DNA of 64,000 nucleotides from a virus: IMG/VR virus record IMGVR_UViG_3300045988_120820, positions 1 to 64,000 of that record; one strand, 5' to 3'. Shown piece by piece: positions 46,744 to 54,131 of this stretch (position 1 is its first letter; each line of letters starts with the position of its first letter). The notes under the pieces were generated by a model. It saw only the letters and a program-made list of their open reading frames with translations, ran no database searches and was not told where the DNA came from. The position numbers and the translations under genes were made by a program.

Positions 46744-47088
46744 TAACAGAATGGGGCAACTAAAACCTCTTTGAACAAGTTTATTACTTGGTGTGTATTT
46801 CACGATTAGTAGCCGTAGGAAATGACGGTTAAGAAATATGCTAACAGGGGACGGAAATATCCCAATCCTGTGCTAAATTCACAATTATTAACTATCAAAT
46901 AATAATTAGATAAAAATAGTTAATAATTGTGAAGAAGTCCAACGACTAAAGAAAGTCTATAAGATTCGAGAAAAACGGTCTTAATATAGTTAGTATTGTA
47001 CGATGTCTATTAATACGACATTGGAAGCGAAGAGGATTATATGTTTGGTAAAAGAATATATAATGTGATATAGTCTACACAAAATGTG
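46744..47088 (+). mobile_element. group I intron 1 (ORF-less)
   Basis: P1 GTTGCCT(46737-46743)/GGGCAAC(46754-46760) with U.G at the 5' splice site; P7 GACTA..TAGTC with GATATAGTC core; terminal G 47088; splicing restores DVASFYPSIM. Confidence 0.75.
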
Positions 47089-47233
47089 CATTTTATCCTT
47101 CCATAATGCGTAATTATAAATTATTAAGTAGAGCAGTACATGAACCCGAAAAATTTAATGAAATTATGGATGAACGTCTACGCTTAAAAGCTTTAGGTGA
47201 CAAAAAAGGACAAGCACCCCTAAAAATAGTCAT
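47089..47233 (+). CDS. family B DNA polymerase, exon 2 (motif A to start of motif B)
   Basis: (S)FYPSIMRNY...KGQAPLKIVI. Confidence 0.75.
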
Positions 47234-48478
47234 TGAGTAACATTAGTGTCTATTCAAAACCTTGTGAACCTAGAAATCTAGGGTGTATATTCTACGTTTA
47301 GGTGTTATAGGAAATGATAACTAGAGAATATGCTAACAGGGAAAGCCTAAGTCTAAAAAGATAGGGTAATCCTGTGCCAAATTTATTATGTTTTTATAAA
47401 TTTTAAAACTGTGCGAAGGAGTGATTATATGATAGGTAATAAATATGGAAAATTAACAGTTTTAAAATTAGATGAAGAAAAAAGTAAAAATGGAAGAAAA
47501 TATTATTTATGCGAGTGTGAATGTGGGAATATCAAATCGGTCAGAAGTGACTGTTTAACAAGTGGAAATACTAAATCATGTGGATGTGCTTTAAATGATT
47601 ATTTTGAAAGTAGAACTCAATATACAAAAGAGAAATTATATCATGTGTGGGCTGGAATGAAAAGTAGATGTAACAATTCTAAAGCCAATAAATATTGTGA
47701 TTATGGAGGGAGAGGAATCAAAGTCTATGATAAATGGAATGGTGAACATGATTATTTAACGTTTAGAACTTGGGCGTATGAAAATGGTTATCGAGAAGGT
47801 TTATCGTTAGACAGAATAGATGTGAATGGAAATTACGAACCGAGCAATTGTAGATGGGTTACACAAAAGGTGCAAACTAGAAACACTAGAGTTAATAGAA
47901 ATATAACGTATAAAGGTGAAACTCATGTTTTGCAAGATTGGGCAAAAATATTAAACATAAATCCAAACACGTTGTATCACAGAATAGTAACTCTAGGTTG
48001 GGAAATCGAAGAAGCTTTTGAAAATAAAAGTAATAATAATAATAATTATAAACATGGTTTAGATAAAGCTAATGAGAAAAATAAAAAAGAATACAATGTA
48101 AGATGTGAAAAAATACGCAGTAGAGTTATTGAATTGAAAGATATTTTTACATTTAAAGAATTGTTGAATATTATTAAATCTGAATTTGATATAAAACGAA
48201 ACCCAACGGTTTACAAAGCCTGTTGTGGTTCTCCACGAAAATGTGATTTTGTTAAATGGATAGAAAATTTATAAAAACATAATTTAAAGGTTAAACGACT
48301 ATCGAAAACGTGGTTATTCGAGAAATACGATAACTGGAAGTGAATAGAGTACATTCAAGGTGAAATTCCTTGTTTGGAAGTGCAAGGGTAAATTAATTGT
48401 TAATAGATTAATTTATATGATATAGTCTACTCCGACTCTAACGAGTGTTAAAGTATTGGGAAACCAACGGTATAGAGG
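47234..48478 (+). mobile_element. group I intron 2 carrying an endonuclease ORF
   Basis: P1 ATAGTCAT/GTGTCTAT with U.G; shares GGAAATGA, ATATGCTAACAGG..CCTGTGC.AAATT, AACGACTA and GATATAGTCTAC blocks with intron 1; terminal G 48478; splicing restores KIVINATYG. Confidence 0.75.
47429..48274 (+). CDS. intron-encoded homing-endonuclease-like protein (YxxWxxMxxRC / DRID..GNYEPSNCRW type)
   Basis: SD AAGGAG then ATG 47429; LSLDRIDVNGNYEPSNCRWVT HNH-like segment. Confidence 0.65.
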   Translation: MIGNKYGKLTVLKLDEEKSKNGRKYYLCECECGNIKSVRSDCLTSGNTKSCGCALNDYFESRTQYTKEKLYHVWAGMKSRCNNSKANKYCDYGGRGIKVYDKWNGEHDYLTFRTWAYENGYREGLSLDRIDVNGNYEPSNCRWVTQKVQTRNTRVNRNITYKGETHVLQDWAKILNINPNTLYHRIVTLGWEIEEAFENKSNNNNNYKHGLDKANEKNKKEYNVRCEKIRSRVIELKDIFTFKELLNIIKSEFDIKRNPTVYKACCGSPRKCDFVKWIENL

Positions 48479-49268
48479 TAATGCTACATACGGAATATGC
48501 AAAGATAAATGGAGTAAAATGTTTGATGAAAAAAGAGCAAATGAAATATGTATAAATTGTCAATTGTTTTTAACTGATTTACTTGAAAAATTAGAACAAA
48601 GTAATCTTGATTTAGAACTTATACAGGCTAACACAGATGGTATAATTGTATTATTAAAAAATAAATCAGAATTTGAACAATATAAAGAAATATGTAATGA
48701 ATGGGAAAAACGTACTAGATTTAAACTAGAACATGATTTAATTAAAAACATAATGCAAAAAGATGTAAATAATTATGTATTTGAATTTGAAAATGGTAAA
48801 CTTGAAAGAAAAGGTGCATATGTGAAAGAATATTCACCTATAGACAATAACTTGTCTATAGTTACAGATGCTGTAGTAGAATATTTATTACATGAAACTC
48901 CTGTAGAAGAAACAATTAATAATTGTGACGAACTCATAAAATTCCAAATGTGTTGTAAGATAGGAAGTACATACAATTACATGATGTGGGGTGATAAAAT
49001 ATTAAATACAAAATGTAATAGAGTATTCGCAACAACGAAAGATTTACCAGGATTATCAAAAGTAAAATGTAATTTTAAAAACAAAAAAGGTGAAGTAGCA
49101 GATAAAATAGAAAAAGTAGCTAGCACACCAGAAAAAGTTATGATATACAATGATGAAGTGATAGATAAATCAGTGTTAGAAGTTTTACCAGAATTAGATA
49201 AACAATTTTATATTGATTTAGCTAAAAAAAGACTTAAAGATTTTGGTATAAAATTTATTAATTCATAG
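48479..49268 (+). CDS. family B DNA polymerase, exon 3 (motifs B and C)
   Basis: (I)NATYG motif B, QANTDGIIV motif C; exons total 1797 nt, in frame. Confidence 0.8.
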
Positions 49269-49325
49269 GTAATTTTCAAGTTATAAATGTTAATATAGTA
49301 ATATAAGGAGGTGATAAAAATGTAA
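49264..49325 (+). promoter_or_regulatory. phage-specific promoter-like element, copy i, with ATG-TAA minimal ORF
   Basis: CATAGGTAATTTT 49264-49276 (contains the polB TAG stop), N11, TGTTAATAT 49288-49296, ATG-TAA 49320-49325. Confidence 0.5.
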
Positions 49326-49384
49326 AATATTAATAAAATATTAATAAAATATTAATAAAAATAACAAATAAGGAGGAGAATAAT

Positions 49385-49738
49385 ATGTATTGTGTAAGAA
49401 GCATAGCAAATATAGAAATAGATGATTTATATATAAACACAGCAAATGGTTATAAAATTTATAAGAAAGGAAAAGATACACTGTTGTTTATAGATAATCA
49501 AGTGTTTACGGATGAAACTAGAAAATTTTTATTAAGTGCAATTAGAAATAATGATAGCCTTTATAAAATTTCTATAACAGAAACAATAGGGGATGATATA
49601 GGTATGATGGATAAAATAAAAACAACTTTTCTATGTGGAATAGCAGAAGGTACAATATATGAAAAAAAATATGACGAAATATCAAATACATTACCATTAT
49701 TCCGAGTAATAAATGTTTATGAAAGTGAGGTGGAATAA
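49385..49738 (+). CDS. hypothetical protein
   Basis: Track ORF; SD AAGGAGGAG. Confidence 0.6.
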   Translation: MYCVRSIANIEIDDLYINTANGYKIYKKGKDTLLFIDNQVFTDETRKFLLSAIRNNDSLYKISITETIGDDIGMMDKIKTTFLCGIAEGTIYEKKYDEISNTLPLFRVINVYESEVE

Positions 49739-50035
49739 ATGTTATTAAAAATATATGGAGTAATAAGTATTTTAAATATAATATTAGGATTAAAACTAAA
49801 AAATGATTTAAATAAAAATACAGAATTTGTTGATATGCTGTTAGCACATCAATTAGGAATAATAATATATGACAGACATATTAAACGAAAAAAAATAATA
49901 ATAAATTCTATATTACCTATCTATAACTTATTTACTTTCTTTGAAAACAGTACGTTTTTTATATTTAATATTTTTAATAGCGATAATGGAAATAAGGCAA
50001 TGTTAAAAGTAATAGAAGATTCTGAAAATAATTAA
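49739..50035 (+). CDS. hypothetical membrane protein
   Basis: Track ORF abutting the previous stop; hydrophobic segments. Confidence 0.55.
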   Translation: MLLKIYGVISILNIILGLKLKNDLNKNTEFVDMLLAHQLGIIIYDRHIKRKKIIINSILPIYNLFTFFENSTFFIFNIFNSDNGNKAMLKVIEDSENN

Positions 50036-50051
50036 TAAAGGAGGAATTATC

Positions 50052-50306
50052 ATGGATAAATTAGAATACGAAATAAACGTATTAAAACCAAAAGAAGGAG
50101 ATATACTTTTATTTAGATATAAAACAATTGACGGAGAACCAATAGCTACGGACGAAGAACTTTCAGATTTTCATAATCGTGTTAGGAAAATATTCAAAGG
50201 AGACGTAATTACTGTACCAGATTATATAAATATAGATTTGGTAGATAAAAAATTCTTAGAAGATTCAATAAAAGTTATGCAAGAAATGTTAGATAAAATG
50301 GAATAA
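50052..50306 (+). CDS. hypothetical protein
   Basis: Track ORF; SD AAGGAGGA. Confidence 0.6.
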   Translation: MDKLEYEINVLKPKEGDILLFRYKTIDGEPIATDEELSDFHNRVRKIFKGDVITVPDYINIDLVDKKFLEDSIKVMQEMLDKME

Positions 50307-50334
50307 AAATAATTAATAAAAGGAGAATGATAAT

Positions 50335-51072
50335 ATGTATACTATAAATGATATAAAAGTAACTTTGTTAAACAAAGAGGAGGTAAAACAATTTATTAAA
50401 AAACATGGTGAAGTAGCATGTATTTGTTATGATACAGATGAAAAATATGCTGAAAAAGTAGGCTTGTCTTGTATGAAAGAAGGACATACATCTGGAAGTA
50501 GGGGTAATTATTTTATATTTGAAATAGAATGTCCTAGATTTACAGCAGACCAAATTATGAGACATGAGATAGGTGTGTTTAAAAACTGTCAATCTCAAAG
50601 ATATGTAGATATGGACGATAATTTCAGTATTTATGTACCACCAAAAGTTATGAATGACCCAGTATTAAGGGAAGAATATCAAAAAGCAGAGGATATGATG
50701 AAAGCTAGATACAAAGTATTGAGAGCTTGTTATAACGATATGGGAATAACAGGAGAACAAGCAAATGATTTAATGAGAACTTTACTACCAATAGGAGTTA
50801 AGACTAAATTAAGAATAGGATTTACTTTAGAGGCGATTGAACATTTTATGCATAAAAGATTATGTGTTAGAGCCGATTTACCTATAAGAAAAGTTGCAGA
50901 ATTAATGAAACAAGAGGTATTAAATACAGATAATAGATATGAAAAAATGTTAGTTCCTCAATGTGAATCTATGGGTTATTGTCCAGAAAAACACACTTGT
51001 GGTAGAGAAATAAGCAAAAAAGAATTTTATAAAATATTAAAAGAGGGTAAAGAAAAACTAAAAGGAGAGTAA
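50335..51072 (+). CDS. thyX: flavin-dependent thymidylate synthase ThyX
   Basis: RHEIGVFKNCQSQRY (RHR..S..SQRY ThyX signature). Confidence 0.85.
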   Translation: MYTINDIKVTLLNKEEVKQFIKKHGEVACICYDTDEKYAEKVGLSCMKEGHTSGSRGNYFIFEIECPRFTADQIMRHEIGVFKNCQSQRYVDMDDNFSIYVPPKVMNDPVLREEYQKAEDMMKARYKVLRACYNDMGITGEQANDLMRTLLPIGVKTKLRIGFTLEAIEHFMHKRLCVRADLPIRKVAELMKQEVLNTDNRYEKMLVPQCESMGYCPEKHTCGREISKKEFYKILKEGKEKLKGE

Positions 51073-51073
51073 T

Positions 51074-51217
51074 ATGAAAACGTATAACTTTGATAGACAT
51101 TTTCATAAAGAAGGAAATAAATTTAAATTAAATGACAATGTTAAACAGTCAGAGCTAAATAAAAGACATATAGTAGAACATTATTTTAATATGTATATTC
51201 AACATGGATATTATTAA
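51074..51217 (+). CDS. small hypothetical protein (47 aa)
   Basis: ATG 1 nt after the thyX stop; below track cutoff. Confidence 0.4.
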   Translation: MKTYNFDRHFHKEGNKFKLNDNVKQSELNKRHIVEHYFNMYIQHGYY

Positions 51218-51230
51218 GAAAGGAGAATAC

Positions 51231-51969
51231 ATGGTCGAAAAGAATAAAATATATAATATGAATTGTCATGATTTAATGAATGATATGATTAATGAAAATT
51301 TCAAAGTAGATAGTATTATTAGTCAGCCTCCCTAATTTAACTAGGGAGGACTACATAAATCTATTTCAGCACTTTAATAAAATATTAATTGACAATGGAA
51401 CAATATTAATTGAAATCCCATATAACAGAAAGAAACCAAGTGAAATATTTCAAATAATAAATGAAATAGAAATGGATACGGAATTTATGTTAGGTGACAT
51501 TATATATTGGAATAAAACTGACATTCTTTCAGATAATATGAGTTGTAATCAATCAACAAAAAATGTATCACAAATATATTTATTTTGCAGAAAGAACGAA
51601 TTTAAAACTTACAAGACTAATAAAAAGGTTAAAAGTTTTAGAATGACAGGGCAAAAAACATATACTAATATATCTAATATAATTAATGCACCAGTTAGAG
51701 ACAAAGGAGTTAAAACATTTAATCATCATGTATTTAGCACAGAATTAGTTAAAGGGTTATTAAATATGTATGTAAAAAAAAGAGGGATAGTCTTTGATTG
51801 TTTTCTTGGGACTGGAACTGTGGCAGTAGCAACAATTAATAAAAATATTTATTATATTGCAAGTGAAATAGACAAGGAGCAAGTAGAGTATGCTAGAATA
51901 AGAGTATTGAAAAGAAAGAAAGAAATAAAGAAGGAATATTATAAGAATTATAAAAGGAAGAAGGAATGA
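51231..51969 (+). pseudogene. beta-class N6/N4 DNA methyltransferase interrupted at the PPY motif (pseudogene or +1 recoding)
   Basis: Frame 0 ends ..DSIISQPP-TAA (51333-51335); the +1 frame continues NLTREDYINLF..NGTILIEI.. to FDCFLGTGTVAVA (AdoMet motif). Confidence 0.6.
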
Positions 51970-51973
51970 TATT

Positions 51974-52753
51974 ATGGGGAGTAAAATTAATAGGATTGGT
52001 GAAAGGAATATCAATAACTTTGGTAGTGAAATGGTGATAGTTGAATATAGAAAATATTCAGATATAGATGTGTATTTTCCAGAATATGATTGGATTGCTA
52101 AAAATAGGCGATACGACAAATTTAAAAATGGTAGTGTTAAATGTCCTTATGAAAAAACAGTATATGGTGTAGGTTACTTTGGAGAAGGTAAATATAAGGC
52201 AAGTGAAAATAGTAAAGATACTAGAATTTATACTACTTGGTACCATATGATGCAAAGATGTTATTCTGAAAAAGAACATAAAAAACATCCTACATATAAA
52301 TATTGCGAAGTATCAGAAAAATTTCATAATTTTCAAAACTTTGGTGACTGGGATAAAGATAATTACTATACAATTGATGGCGAAAGAATGGAATTAGATA
52401 AAGATATTTTAGTAAAACATAACAAAATATATTCACCTGAAAATTGTATATATGTACCACATACAATTAATACTTTATTTGTTAAATCCGATAAAATTAG
52501 AGGTAAATCGGCTATAGGTACATATCAGGATAAACACGGAAAATATCAAGTACATTGTCATTTGATAAATCCTGAAACTAGAAAATCTAAATATGAGTAC
52601 TTAGGATATTATGAAACTGAACTTGAAGCTTTTAAAGTATACAAATACCACAAAGAAAGAAACATCAAAGAGGTGGCTGATTACTTTAAAAAACAAATAT
52701 CTGAAATTTTATATAACGGTTTATATGAGTATGAAGTTGAAATTACAGATTAG
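51974..52753 (+). CDS. AP2/HNH-like endonuclease family copy 7
   Basis: Family-wide colinearity. Confidence 0.7.
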   Translation: MGSKINRIGERNINNFGSEMVIVEYRKYSDIDVYFPEYDWIAKNRRYDKFKNGSVKCPYEKTVYGVGYFGEGKYKASENSKDTRIYTTWYHMMQRCYSEKEHKKHPTYKYCEVSEKFHNFQNFGDWDKDNYYTIDGERMELDKDILVKHNKIYSPENCIYVPHTINTLFVKSDKIRGKSAIGTYQDKHGKYQVHCHLINPETRKSKYEYLGYYETELEAFKVYKYHKERNIKEVADYFKKQISEILYNGLYEYEVEITD

Positions 52754-52779
52754 AAAATAATTAATAAAATAAAAAACTA

Positions 52780-52809
52780 TTGACATTAATCATCTCTATA
52801 TGGTATCAT
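52780..52809 (+). promoter_or_regulatory. sigma-A-type promoter
   Basis: TTGACA 52780-52785, TGGTATCAT 52801-52809 (18-nt spacer). Confidence 0.55.
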
Positions 52810-52829
52810 TTATATAAGAGGTGATTAAT

Positions 52830-53939
52830 GTGAAAATTTTAGATTTACAAAATATCTATAAAGAAAATGAAAAGGAATATGTTGTTTTTAAAACATTTAA
52901 AAATGTTACGAAAATAGGTAATGATAAATACTTAACTTATTTGTCCGTATGGGATATTGGTGAAATGTTTGAGAAACAACAACTATGTTATTATAGTAAC
53001 ACCCAAAGAGGCATAAAATATAGAAAAATTAATAATAAAATAGTAGAAAAGACAATAGTAAAACAAAGTAACATAAATGAGATGGCAAACTTAATATTAA
53101 AAGGTGAATTATCCGTTACTCAATTAACATTCAACGTACTTGATAATAGTAAGGGATTAATTAATTATAACAAAGACAAAAATGAATTATTTATTAAAGG
53201 TTCGCTATCTATATTAGATGGAAATCATAGGGTTAGAGCTTGTTATAAAGCTTATAAATCAGCACAAATTCTTGATGACCCTAAATTAATTGAAAACGTA
53301 AAATTACTTTTATTCCCAATTATAATTTTACATTTAGATGATGAAAATGCTAAAAACACATTTTCTCAAATGTCTAAAGGTCTGAAAATTAGTAAGTCAC
53401 TAGCTGAAAGCTTCGACAGTACTAAAGCATCTAATAGAATAGCAACTAAACTTAATGAACATAGTATTTTAAAAGATAGAATAGACACGAGAAGGACATA
53501 CTTACAGAAAACCGACACACAACATATAGTAACGTTTCTTACTTTAAAAACAGCTATTGATTCTTCTTTCCCAAGTATAAAAGACGAGAGTGAGGAACAA
53601 GAAATTTATATATTCCTTTCTGCATTTTTTAACGAACTTATTAACTTATTCCCCAATTTGATTGATGAGAATCGTTTATTATTTAAGGAAGAATATATTA
53701 ATTTCGAGGATATTTTCTTTTACTGTTATGTCAGTCTCGCAGAAGATTTATATTTAAAGAGAAAATCTAATTGGAAAGAAGAAATGAAAGCTTTAGAAAA
53801 TATAGATTATAGCAAAGATAATTCTATATGGAACTGTGTTATAAAGCCTACCAGAACTGGTTATACAATTGTTAATAACAAATCAAGTAGAGCATTAATG
53901 ATAAGAGTGTTTAAACAAGAATTCTATAGTAATTTATAA
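52830..53939 (+). CDS. DndB-like / ParB-fold protein (DGQHR-type motif present as DGNHR)
   Basis: LSILDGNHRVRACY; own promoter and terminator; start GTG 52830 (or 52821). Confidence 0.45.
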   Translation: MKILDLQNIYKENEKEYVVFKTFKNVTKIGNDKYLTYLSVWDIGEMFEKQQLCYYSNTQRGIKYRKINNKIVEKTIVKQSNINEMANLILKGELSVTQLTFNVLDNSKGLINYNKDKNELFIKGSLSILDGNHRVRACYKAYKSAQILDDPKLIENVKLLLFPIIILHLDDENAKNTFSQMSKGLKISKSLAESFDSTKASNRIATKLNEHSILKDRIDTRRTYLQKTDTQHIVTFLTLKTAIDSSFPSIKDESEEQEIYIFLSAFFNELINLFPNLIDENRLLFKEEYINFEDIFFYCYVSLAEDLYLKRKSNWKEEMKALENIDYSKDNSIWNCVIKPTRTGYTIVNNKSSRALMIRVFKQEFYSNL

Positions 53940-53943
53940 TTTC

Positions 53944-53975
53944 ATCACCATCTGTAAAAAGGTGGTGATTTTTAT
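53944..53975 (+). terminator. intrinsic terminator
   Basis: ATCACCA/TGGTGAT stem followed by TTTTT. Confidence 0.7.
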
Positions 53976-53985
53976 TTAAAATGTA

Positions 53986-54014
53986 TTGACAATTTTTTTA
54001 CAGTGTGGTATAAT
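53986..54014 (+). promoter_or_regulatory. sigma-A-type promoter
   Basis: TTGACA 53986-53991, TGGTATAAT 54006-54014 (17-nt spacer). Confidence 0.65.
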
Positions 54015-54059
54015 TATTTGTATAGGGTGATGAAAATAATTAATAAAATAATTTTCATC

Positions 54060-54103
54060 CATAAGTAATTTTTAAGTAAGTTATGTTAATACTGTAATAT
54101 AAA
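54060..54103 (+). promoter_or_regulatory. phage-specific promoter-like element, copy j (one mismatch, CATAAGTAATTTT)
   Basis: 54060-54072, N11, TGTTAATAC 54084-54092, AATATAAA. Confidence 0.45.
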
Positions 54104-54131
54104 ATATAATAAATTTAAAGGAGGAGATATT

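Noticed and set aside
49325-49357. Three tandem 11-nt units (AAATATTAATA x3) as iterons or a microsatellite
   Set aside because: They are very short and AT-only and lie within the leader of one repeat-element copy. A two-unit version follows the orphan half at 63430-63450. Replication slippage in a low-complexity leader is more likely than a functional array.
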